Of a DNA stretch of 64,000 nt, positions 34,820-46,849 are shown piece by piece. Source of the DNA: Marsupella aquatica. Its lineage: Eukaryota > Plantae > Marchantiophyta. The notes below the pieces were generated by a model that was not told the origin of the DNA, searched no databases, and saw only the letters and a list, made by a program, of their open reading frames with translations. Within the stretch, counting starts at the first letter, position 1, and each line of letters starts with the position of its first letter. The position numbers and the translations under genes were made by a program. The stretch is taken from the NCBI GenBank assembly GCA_973895155.1, contig OZ316892.1, positions 28,482,307-28,546,306 on the forward strand, in the 5' to 3' direction.

Positions 34820-37252
34820 TGGATTATTCCATGACTGGAATAATCCACTTTCCAGTAGTCAAGGGGATTCACAATAATCATTTGGTCCTCATTATACTCT
34901 CCTGATGCTTTACGCAGTCCAGTTGTTCCCTTCTCATGAGCCTTCCTTGATCTTTCACTAAGTTGATGGGGTCCCTTTGAACAGATGATGCTCACAAAGG
35001 TCATTAGTTTTTCATCTCTTTGTGCTGCCGAGATCATTCAACAATGCCACTTAGAACCTTCCCCTTGGGTATTCATTGAGGACCAGCCAACAAGTGGTCG
35101 CCTTGATATGGGTTCAAACTACGCGACATGCCGAGCCCGTTGAGACCCGGAGAAGATTAGAACTGCAGCATCTTGTCGCAAGACATCCACATCTCAATCA
35201 CCATACGAACGACTATCTACGATACAGGACAGAAAATCTGATTCGGAGGGAGTGGACGGGACTGCATGGTTTGACACGGAGGACCGTATCACATGAAAGC
35301 AATCATCGGATCACACTAGAGAATGCAATCATGCCAAGCTTCAAGCAATAGATTCGCCAAAGAAACTAAGGAGATGGAGGTGTTTCAGAACTGATATGAA
35401 TGACGCACAGCTGATAACGCCTAATGCCCTTCTTCAGTAGATAGCCACTATTGTTCAGGATTTCAGTAAAGGGTTCGAGATTTTTCCTTTTCAGCTCAAT
35501 GTCGTCGGCCATGCGATACAATTTGTACATGACAAATCGACTAGAAAGTTAAAAAGCAATGGAAGCACTGACAGGCCTCAAGGTACACTGACATCCCTCA
35601 AGGCACAGGGAGATATCAGTTGTCACCAATGTACCGAACCGCCCAATCAAGCTGTGATATGTGTAATCTAAATAGCCACAAGAATTGCTCATAAATTTTG
35701 TTTAGGGGCAATTTATGATATTGGCAGTTGTAATGTCATCCGTACTTCTCAGAACGATTGGGATCACATGAACGTGATGACTACTTTCAAGTGCTTCAGA
35801 GCCCGGATGGAATCTGGATAATTGAAAAGCCGGACTGCTTCCCTTCTAGGGTACACATAACTGTATTCGAGAAGAACAACATCCGAAGCAGGACCCAAGT
35901 TCCACATATTCAATTAGTTATTGTACCAACAGGACTTCCGTGGCCAAAAGCAACATACGACAGAGCAATTTAGACACTTACAAAAACACACTCGTAGAGG
36001 AATCACAAGACCGACTGAGGTGTAGAAAGCACTCGACTCGTAAGCTGCAGCACTCAGACAAGAAACCGCATCTTGGGGTGTCTCCAGCAAGCTTCTGTGT
36101 CTGTAATAGAGCATATGTACCACCTTAAAGGCTGACCTGCATTTGAGGTTGAAGATTAGATCGAAACTTCCAGCTAGCTACGGATGACCTCCACAGCGGT
36201 CCTGTTAAATGATCTCAAAACACGTTTCGAGAGTCATTCTCTAGAATTCAATTCCCTGTAGCACATCTAGTGACCTCATCTCATGAGATTTACAATGAAT
36301 TGAATTTGAACTGAACTGAACTGAACCGATTTCCTTCCTAGGAACCCCGAGAAGGGAAAAAAGGACAGACAATATAAGAAGGCAAACGAGCTTGCCCGAA
36401 GAAACAGAATAATAAGATGCAGTTAGAAAGCCAAGAGCACATGTGCAGAAGTGGCCTGCTAACGAGCTGTGAAAAACAGTTCTTAGAATTGCGTAGACAA
36501 CGTCAGTTGTGCTCCACAGAACGAGACTTCGAATAATTAACTTCCGGTCAGAGGTGTTGGACTTACCAACAAATCACCGGTTCGGTTCTCGGCAAGCCAA
36601 TGAAACAGATTTCAAAAAGGAAAAATCAAAAAACAAAGTAGTGAACATCTACCTGAGGGAGCAGCTGTTGGCCTTGGAAGAGAGCGGCTGAGGGCTTCAG
36701 AAAGCAGCACCCTGCGATCCAAATCCACATACGGGTCGCCCCAGGAAATACTCTGCCCCCTCCTACACTGCTTCGGAACCTCCTCCATTATGCTGCCTCC
36801 ATGCTTGCCATTGGTGGTGATTCAAGTCGCTAACCAGTACCACAACTTCCGCCATCATATCGATCGGGGTTTGGACAGTTTCAAAATGTGTGGAACTTTA
36901 CCAAATATCTCTACACCACTCAATTTGTAATTACTGCTTCTAAAATTCGCATAAAATCACCACATCAAACAAGTCATGGAAATTCAGATTCCTCTCTTCG
37001 TCAGACAGTTCTACCCATCATCATCACAGATCGAAAGAGCTCTGGGTTGGGAGTGCTGGACTTCGCATCTCCTCATGTCTGCTCTGAAAATTCATTCATG
37101 GTTCCGCTTCGCTGCAGCTGAGGTCCAGATACAGATCTTCCCTCTGACTGAAGAAGGAATGCTGGCTCATCTTCATCAGTCAGCCCACCAATTAAATGGT
37201 CGGGTGAGTTTTGTCAATAAATATTAACTCATCCAAGTCTCCTGTCATCTAG

Positions 37253-37326
37253 GTCTGGTTGGTGTAGTTGGTCATCACGCTAGTCTCACACACTAGAGGT
37301 CCGCGGTTCGAGCCCGCGATCAGACA
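37253..37326 (+). tRNA. trnV-CAC: tRNA-Val(CAC)
   Basis: Acceptor stem GTCTGGT/ATCAGAC; A-box TGGTGTAGTTGG; anticodon arm CTAGT-CTCACAC-ACTAG; T-arm CGCGG-TTCGAGC-CCGCG; discriminator A; T7 Pol III terminator at 37351-37357. Confidence 0.96.
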
Positions 37327-39546
37327 ACACAATTCAGGTTGAATAAATAATTTTTTTCACACCTGTAAAGGTGGGTTTTGGGTTTGTTGACATGGCTTTG
37401 CAATTTGGGTTCCAAGGCAAGTCATATTTTCCCCTTTTTCAGACCGTTTTGCAGTTTTCTGCACTCTTTTATAAAAGTTCATTACAGGCTGCCAAGAAAC
37501 AAAGGGCGCCCAGCCAGGAGACAGAATCTGAGAGGCAAAAGACCCAATCAAAGGGAGACAGCCAAAAAGCCCCAAGGAGCCTGGCCCAACAAAAGCCAGG
37601 AACAAAAAGCCTGAAACCTACCTATTGGCAAACTGAAAGGGCCTGGTAGAGTAACGTGTGAATTGCAAAGGAGGGTCAAGCAAAAGGACTACAGGCCCTA
37701 AAACCTATGTTTTGAGATCTAGATTAGACAACAAAAGATAGGTGCAAACTCTATACAGTGTATTGTAGGGACATGGTCCAGCGACACTTGTTGATAACTA
37801 TCAAGCTTTTGTGGTGGTGTATATATTGGTGCACTTTATCAATTGGGTTTTATGGCAGGTATTGTCCCAGGAGGCATGATGAGCTCTGCAGCAACTGAAC
37901 AACTGCAAGGTCACCAATGTTACACTTATCCACTTACAAACCAAGCACTCTGGGAAACACTAAAAGTAAACATGATACAAGAAGAAGTACCCATTTTCCT
38001 CCAAAATCCAAAGTGAGTATTATTACTGAAGAGATCATGTACTTTTAGTCAAGCTCTGTTTAAATGTTCATCCCAGGCTTCTTCCTGAGAGTGTGCACTT
38101 AGGGTGGCTTGATGAGACAATGGGGACCCTTCTTTCTTTCTATTCCCTTTGAGAATAGATCTGGAAAGTATGATGAGTGGAATTGCTATGGTTGGCTTCA
38201 CATGAACTCAGGGCCCATCCAGATATTGTACATGTGGATCCTACATGGAAAGAACCGGGCCCAAGGAAATCCTGATGTGGAGTTTTTATTTTGGATAGAA
38301 TCCTAAACCACCTCAAGAAGTGGTCCAAACATTTCCCAACTTTGGCTCCCTCATTCAAGGGATTTGCATTTATTGAACTTCAATTGAAAAGAATTGGTCT
38401 GGAGTCCATCTTTAGAACAAAACTAGAGTACCTCCAATTTTCTCTCACAAAAAAAAGTCATAAGTATGCATTTATTGAACTTTGTTTCAAATGAGATTGG
38501 GGTAGAGTCTATCCTTAGAAAAAAAGTCACAAGTGCCCATTTTATTGAATCTCATTTCAAAAGATTTCTGGTCTAAAGTTTATCTTTAAAACAAAAGGTT
38601 TGGCATCATATCCAATGTAGTCTAGATTCAGAGAGGTTTGGCATCATATCCAATGTAAGGAGGCAATTAGACAAGCTAGAATGTGGTGCTATGGATGCCA
38701 GCGGGCAACATGGAAGGACACTGATGTGTGGCACTCACAATGCTACCTATAGGGATCACTGCATTGTTAGAGATCCATCTACATGATTAGTTCCTGGACT
38801 CATGTCATGTCTGTTTTTAGGTGCTTGACCCTGATCCACTCCTAGCCCAAGGTTATGAACTGGTGATCCCACTGGATGGTTCGCGGCACTGAGGTACTCT
38901 CGGATGTCATGTGCTCTAGCCCCTTGGAGTTGTTTTTCTCTGGGCCTGCTGGTCTTCAACAGGGGTGGTCATCAGAGTACACTTACCTTTACCTTCTACA
39001 AAATTAAAGTTTTAATTTAAAAATAAATTGAACTATTTAGAATAAAAAGAGTGGGCCCTCCGATTTGCTTTTGTGAAAGGTAAAAATGACAAGTGCCCAA
39101 ATTCTTGTGATGACACCCTTCGAGAGAGTAAACTGTAAACAACCATTGAGACCCAGCTTCCTGCTATGGTAGCTCACACCCAATTTCTTCACCAGTGCCG
39201 ATCCAGTCTACCGACAGAGGTCTCGATGATTGTTTAATTGGAAAAAATTCTTCCCGAGGTCAAACAAGAATGAGGTCTCGATGCTTGGTCCTACACCTAT
39301 GTCGGTCAATTGAAACTGTCGTGCATTGCAGTAAGCTTAGGGCAATTCAGTGGTTCTCGTGAGCTCGAGAGGACCTCACTTGGCAGGTGCGTTTGATGCT
39401 CTAATAACTATGGATCCGGAGTTGCTACTCACTGAATTTGTGGAGCTTTCTTGTGAGTTGTTGCAGTTAGATTTGTTGATGCCTGGAAGCAATTTTTGAA
39501 AGTTGAAATGTTCACAGATTTGTGATTTCAGGTCCCAGTGCAGTGC

Positions 39547-39956
39547 TAAGGCGAGGCTTTGGCTCTCCAACGATCTCCCTAGTCCATGAGGTGCTCTACC
39601 TGCCCACTTTACAAAATCTTGCCGGGGAATTGAACTTTTCGGTTCTTCGGTAGGCGCAAGTTAATGGTTGTCCAATTTTGCAGATCGGTGTATTCGTGGC
39701 TAGCAAGCGTTTTAGAGTTCAACAATTGGACTGTAATTGCGTTTCCTGATCAATCCGCAGATGACATGTCGCTCATCGTGCAAGTTGTAGAGCTTGATGA
39801 GCTCTTCTGGTGCGATTCTTAGAAAGACCTTTGTCTGCTGTACCGGTTAGCTATGAATCATGGAGTACATTTTGTGAAAGCAGTACAGTAGATTGAATTA
39901 GAATTATTCTTAGAGAACGGTGTATCATAAGCTCTTGCCATCAAATTATGAAGGCC
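39547..39956 (+). promoter_or_regulatory. Orphan copy of the conserved NLR upstream/5' leader region, with no NLR CDS behind it
   Basis: Aligns by eye to 5535-5790, 20620-20910 and 29120-29325 (e.g. cgctcatcgtgcaagt, ttctggtgcga, gacctttg, atggagtacattttgtgaaagcagta, agaacggtg). Confidence 0.8.
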
Positions 39957-42285
39957 GCATAATCTCCGCTGTCGAAAATTACAACATACTTTGTCTGTCG
40001 AACCCAATTTTGAGATGTCCTTAGGTTACTCATTTACAGTATTACCTGGCTCCATTTGCAAACTAAACAAGCTGCTTCACCACTCACACTCTTCGTTGTC
40101 AGTGCTATGCTCGAAGATGTTGTTTTAGTCGAATCAATCCACCTGTAGCTCCACTAATCTAGCTCCAAGTTGATTGTGTAAAAATTGCTAGCCTCTGAAA
40201 AGCATCTCCCCGACGAAGTAGCCAACGCCCACCCGGCAGTGTGCGAGTTGTGCAGTGCAGCCCCATAGCAGCAAGCATTGATTGTTCCTGCTCGTTCGAA
40301 AGCCCTTTCCCACTTTGCATCTATGCATAATTGTGTACACAGAGCATGCCAACATGGTCCCCCCCTCTCGTCTTCAGAATTTGGACGCATGTAGGATCGC
40401 AGACCCCAATTTTCAATTCTGGACTGGAATTTGCTACTGGCCGATTGATCTTCGGACATTCATGCAATGTCTCGATTTCTCTAGTGTCCCTGCAACATAA
40501 AACTTGCAGGTTCTGCTACAGTATTAAGACCTTCCCACCCATGCTTTTTTCAGAACTTTTGTAGGTTTCTTCAAATCCTCGCGCCTTTTACCGGTCTTTG
40601 CTGACGTTGCCGACGACTTCTCGCTTGAAGTTGTCGAATTTGTTCTTCGAGAAGCGCGGCTGGGATGTACATGAATTAAAAACTTATGGTGCTCTGTCAT
40701 TTGTTTCTTCTGTGCATCTTGCAGAGGGAAAGCAGACCTCGAAAAAGCTGGCTCAGATACAATAATAAGAAATTATCGGAAATTCATGCTCGTACTGGTT
40801 GCGTTCGGAGGGAGACGAGGACGAGATGAGTGGAGGGTTGACTCGTAGTGGAATGGGTTGTCCGATTTGCAGTTTGGTGCATCCGGTGCTCGTCAGACAA
40901 TGACGGTGGTTGAATATCGATCAATTAACGAGAAGGTTTACGCTGTGGACATCATTTTTCGCCGGCCAAGTTTCAACTTTCGCGCCCGTATTCGCTCCAA
41001 TGGCTGCGGTAAGGCCTCCCTATTTTGCGTTTTAACACCATTCTTTTCCTTCATTGGGATGAGGGCAGGTCAAATCATGTGATATGATTTGCATGAGTTC
41101 TTGCAGTTTATTCTGTCTCTCCAGAGGTTTGATCAACAGGCCTTATCTTGGGGATTCCTCGGCCTTTGGTGTGCCTAGAAGAGAACTGCAAACGCCACTT
41201 ACACGCCACCTAGAGGTTGCTAGCTTGACGAATTTCTCTCGCTTGGAAGGGAAGCGTCATTCACCAGTTCTACGTTTCCGTTGGGCGATGATGTTGATTT
41301 CGTTGATGTTTCGGTTATCCTAAAGTCACAGAGGTCTTCCAAGTTCTTCCCCCACATATTCAGTACTCCAGATCGTTTGGAATTGCGTGACGGCTTCCTC
41401 CTTGAGAAGATGAATTACGTGTTCAAGATCGCTCCTTTCTCCATGATAGGTCTCCTCCCAACACTCCCCGTCCGTCGCAATACTGGGATTGACTTCCCAT
41501 GGGGTTTGTGGAATCAGTTCAAGATGCAGTGACGCGAACTAATGCCACTTTTATTTCTAAGACGTAAGGATTTGATGTTGAACTGGACGATTATTGAACT
41601 CTTCTTCTCCTGACTTTTAGTTACATTTTCGCAAATTGGAAGTCGAATTGAATGGAAATCAAGATTTCAATTTCGTGTAGGCATGCTTCAGTGCATACTC
41701 GTTGATCCCCGTCGTGAAAATTACTTCCTTCGTCAGGTAAATAGGACTTGACATGTATGACTAACTCCAAACCGGAGGTTCGCGATGGCAAATTCAATGC
41801 CCTGCAAGAGGATGATGAAAATAATGAGGATGAGGATGAGAGTTGGAAATGAAGTGACCAAGAGTTCGCTGCCTTCGTACGTGAGTAGATTACCTGCCTG
41901 CCAACCGCTTCTCATTCTAGCTGCCCCTGCCCTAACTACAGTAGCTGCCTACCTCGGCAGCAATTAGTTCATATGGTTTGCTTCGTACTGTAATGGCTAA
42001 ACTTTGAAGCATCGGGTGTGGTCCTCATAGTACCAAAATGAATCTCTGCTCTAGTCACTGAGTAGACAGGCGCCGGATGGAAGCTTCTTAGTAATTTTTA
42101 ATATGCACAGGACTCCTAGTATAGGCCATGGTTCCGGATAGGGTGTGCCTGGCGTGTTTATGCCGAAGGTGGATTGAAAGAATTAGTCGATGAATACAAC
42201 TTGGGAATGGTTATAGCGGACAGTGTAAAACACTAGTGACCTAACCTCATTGGTAGGTATATACTAATTTGTCTATGTCTTACAG

Positions 42286-45200
42286 AATACCAAGAATAAG
42301 GACGATCTCGACCAACTGCTCAGACAGAAAATGCCCCAGAAGGTTGGCAAATCGAATTCGGATGGGGACGTCAAGAGTTCGCAATCTCTGTATCTATCGG
42401 AAAGCAGCAAAAGGTTTGTCATCATGTTCTCTGGGCCTGATATTCTGTTTCAGCTTCCAATTTGTGTTGATCTTTTGTTCACTGTAGTAGGTGCAAAATC
42501 CTGCGATCCTCCTTCAGGTTTGTTCTTTCTAGCAACTTCCCCCCTCCCCCTCCCCAACCCCCTGCCCGTCCCCCCGTCCTTCCGCTGTGTGCATCCTTAA
42601 TCCAGGAGTAGCTATACAATTTTCCACTATTTACATAAGATGCCAAGCTGTACTTGCTCAGCTATATGGTGTTGGATTGGCCTGAGCTGCTGCACCTTTA
42701 ACGTGAAGGCTTGACGGTACCAGTCATCGCGTTCATGGTTTAGCGTATGGCAAAGTCCTATGGATTAGATTCGATCACTTTTACCCCTCTTTTATTCATC
42801 GATATACAGCTTCACACATCTGAGCTTGTCGCTTAAGACTTATGCTTGGAACTTTCCTTCGTCGCAATGCCCTGTGTCGATAGTACTTTGTTCCAATTGA
42901 TTCATTATTGCATTCTCGCCCATTGCAGAGTATTGGAAAGGATACGAGACCTCATGCGTGATGCTATTTACATGAAGAAGACTGAAGTGCCAGACTTGAC
43001 TCTAAGTAAACTTCGTGAGGTGTTCAACTGAAATCCATTTCACTGTGAGCGTTGGTGGCACCTATTTTGTGGCCAGTACTTGTACTAAATGACTTTTCGC
43101 CAACTTCAATCTTAGTGTGAACGTATTGTGGCTCGGATGTGTGTCACTCGGGTGCTTCTATGCTTTCGATCTCGGCTGACCAGTTCGTTGGTACAGGAAT
43201 ATCTGAATCTTGACTGGGACAACCGTCAAACGGCATTGGTACTACTTTCTTCACAATTTGGAGTTGACAGGGAACGGGTCCGTGATCTGATCAATCACTA
43301 CACAAGCTTAAACTTAGGTCTGTCAGTCAATCTGAACCTCTCGACGCATTGTTCATTCCGAATCACTTAAGGTTATAGCTACACCTAGAAGCGTATAGAA
43401 TATGTCAGCATTTTAGAACTTGTATATTTTAACCAGTTCTCACACGATTTGGACTTGCAGTAGGTGAGGAGGACAGTGATGGAACTGAGGCCGCACGGTA
43501 TCGCACAGAGCGTGATTTGCGGTCTGCTCTTACGCCTCTCTCAGGACGACTTTTTGAGCAGATGAATGGGCAAGCGGGTGGGCTCAAATTTTTGGTTGAC
43601 CTCAGAGCAGACCTCTTGAACACCCTTAAGTAAGACCACTGTCTCGTCATTAGTGCCCTCAATGTAAGAATACAGTAACCTAGTGGAATCAAAGTGCCTT
43701 ACTATTATCTTTCGACAAGGCACTCATCTGTTAATGAATCTCGGCTATCCTACAGCTCCTCCTCGTGTTGAGTTGCAAAGATACTGATTGGATATTACGA
43801 AGAATCGCTCTGTTGATAATTGCCTCGCTGGGTTCATTTCTGTTGGCTCTCATGCAGGGTCCAGAATTTAGCATCGCTGCGAGCACTGGATACAGAGTTG
43901 AAGGGACTGTTTGCCACGTGGCTCGGCCCAGCCTGTGTGGAGCTGAGGCAGATCACATGGGATAATTCCGCAGTCCTGCTGGAAAAAATTGTTGCTTATG
44001 AGGTAAGTTGAGCTCTAGATATTTGGCATACATGCAAGTTCGTTTGGATTAGTTGTGAGGGTCTTTGAAGTGAGACAAGAGATGGTTATAAACGAAAGTG
44101 CACTGTCTGGATCTAAATCATGCAGGCCGTGCACCCTGTTAGCAATCTTTATGACTTGAAACGAAGACTAGGAGTTGGTCGGCGTTGTTTTAGTTACTTT
44201 CATCCTGCAATCCCAGGTACGTCAAATTCCAGGTACGCTAGAAAGTGGACACCCATATGGAGCTGAGGATTACTCATAGTAGAAATGGTTTTTTCAAGAT
44301 CATGTGAGGTTAGCAATTACTCTCGCTGTAGGACGTTGTAGTGAACAGCAGTGTTCGACCTGGCAGCATTCTCCATCTGCGTCTTGTGCATCCAGATGGT
44401 TTGACGTCGAAGTAGATTGTCTTTCAGATGAATTTATCCTAGTCTGGAGATATTGGCTGGTTCAATAGTCTTTCAGATGAATTTATCCTAGTCTGGAGAT
44501 ATTGGCTGGTTCAATAGGTAGTACGCTCACTGGTGGCCCTTCAGGGAGCTCTAACTTGTTAAACATCATTGATTTTTCTCACAGGGGAGCCTCTTGTGTT
44601 CATTGAAGTTGCACTCAGCAGCGATGTGGTTGGTTCTATTCAGGTTAGCGGTGTTCAGACTGTGTTCATACTGATCCTTGCTGGCCATCTTTGACCAAAC
44701 TGATGGATGCTGTTGTACTCTATTTATTACCCCGTGCATGTTTTTGTGCGGACCTTCAAGATGTGGACAACATGTTGGACTTTGGAAAAAGTGGAACCTG
44801 CGTCTTCTTTGGAAAGTCAAAAGTATTCGCAAAGTCAGACGTAAATTCGAGTAGCACGTAACACTAGCCGATCGGGATAGTCCGATTACCTACATACTTA
44901 GCCATTTAACGTCAGTACTGTGCCAATTTACAGAGTGTCCTTTTTGAGGAGCCTCCAATCGCTGAAGCGGATGCCACTACGGCCATCTTTTACTCTATCT
45001 CTTCTACACAGGTGTGGTTCCGATGACCGTCACAGTCACAAGTTTTTTATATTCTTCCTATTCGCCCTAGGCAAACAGCATGTTGCAGGAGTCCTCTGCC
45101 TTACCCTCTCAGGGATCGGTGAACTTTAGGATTAACTCTGATTCCAAGTAACGCTATGTCGTGATGGTGTATCTTGGCAATGTTTGGGGCAAAGTACAGA

Positions 45201-46849
45201 CGGGACTTGCAGGAATAGATCTAGGAAACTTTTTAATCAAAGGTGTGGTGAGGCTACTACAGCATGATATGCCAAATATTCAGGTTTGTCCACAACTTTA
45301 TTAGCCATAGAAATCATGCTTTTTAGAACACCGTCAAGCGGATGTTCTATCCTAAACCGATAGAGCCAGTTCAACAACTCTTTTCGTATTCGTGGCTTAC
45401 AAAGCAATTGCACAAGCTCCTGTAGTTGTGGAGAGAGTTTGGTAGTCTACCTGTTTGCTACATGAGACTACCCGTGCCCAGTATGTATCGGATTTTGTAG
45501 GAAATGTGATAAATATTTGATTGATTCTTGCAGACCTTTGTAACATTAAGTCCCATCCCAGGGTTCACCAACTGGCTGCTGCCGAAACTGGATTTGCAAA
45601 TAAAACTCTCTGCATCAGAAATGGCAGAGAACAGCAATGGAAGTGAAGTCAATCCATCATCTACGTTCAAGGAAAACTTACTGTCTGCAGAGGAGGAAAG
45701 CACCCTGTTAAATATCAGCAGGTAGCCCTGAATGTGGATTTGACAACAGTGATGATTATCTAGTTATACGCATCTGCATGCTCAATGTCATATGTATTTT
45801 GGTAAATTTTAGCCAAGGATAGGAAGCGTTCAAACATAAGAATCTCTGAGGGCTTTTGGCTGACTAACCGCATCTGAAAACGACCTCAGGGAGGATAAGG
45901 ACAGTAGGATTGCCATCGAAATATTGCGCGACCTTCTTGAGTCTCCAGACCAAGAATGGGCGAAGTCCAAAGAATTGACGGAAGTACTACGTCCCATTCT
46001 CATGAGACTGTGTGCCAGGTAATTGATCTACGCGTTGGCTCCCTCAATGTTCCATCCTCGTGAGATCAAATTCTCAGATATTGTAGGTCGAAGTCACCTG
46101 TAAACTTCGAGGACTGAATACTGAACATACATTGAAGGAGGGTTCTTGGAGTTTGCCACAGAGGTTTCCTCATCTATAGTGTAGTCCATCCTTGTGACAC
46201 GTTCTTGTCACGGTCAATTGGGTCTCATATCTGTGTGATGATGACTTTCCATGCATTGAGGTCATAATGCAATCGCAATTGCTGCTTTGGGGATTTGTTC
46301 TTTGACTTTAAACATGGATATCCTGACATGTAGATATATCCTACAAGAGAAGAAGCGAGGGAGGGCTCTCGACCCCGTTACCAACTTCCATCTCCGGAAT
46401 GGAGCAGTACATTTCTCTACCGTCAATCTCCTCGAAATTCAGTCTTTTTAAAGTCTATTAACAAATCATGCAGAGGGAATTTGTGCAAGAGGTTTTAATG
46501 GTCCAGTGGTTCATCGCAGATGGTAAGTTAACTAATTTGGCTTGAACTGGGTCGATGGGTGTGCTCAGAGTGTGGAGAGACTGAATTGGATGGGTGATAC
46601 ATCCCCACATGGCTTGAAAACATATGCAGGGATGATGGTAAACTACATATACAGGTATTTTGCAATTGACCTTTCAACCTCGTCACCTTTCAAGTTTAGA
46701 AGCTCTGCTCAAGACCCTTAACTGACAAAATTCTTTGTCCTTGTGCTGATAGATTGGAACAAATAGAGAGTAACAATCAGGCCTATCTGAACAAAGGTAC
46801 CATGGTAGCATCTTCGGCTATGGAACAACACCTCAAATCTCGACTCTGA
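42286..46849 (+). CDS. MCD: Malonyl-CoA decarboxylase, peroxisomal (5' end uncertain; more exons possible at ~40900-41215)
   Basis: Exons 42286-42413, 42929-43019, 43197-43317, 43461-43629, 43858-44002, 44126-44216, 44585-44643, 44934-45011, 45200-45283, 45534-45721, 45890-46018, 46334-46406, 46569-46654, 46753-46849. Spliced motifs ITWDNSAVLLEKIVAYEAVHP, RRCFSYFHP, EPLVFIEVAL, FYSISSTQTGLAGIDLGNFLIK, TLSPIPGF, DPVTNFHLRNGA, MMVNYIYR; ends in PTS1 SRL*. Confidence 0.95.
44419..44517 (+). repeat. Perfect ~49-bp tandem duplication in an MCD intron
   Basis: gtctttcagatgaatttatcctagtctggagatattggctggttcaatag x2. Confidence 0.9.

Noticed and set aside
35940-36128. PHLGVSP resembling a YqaJ-type exonuclease motif
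   Set aside because: The catalytic DG and the other motifs are absent; the ORF is short.
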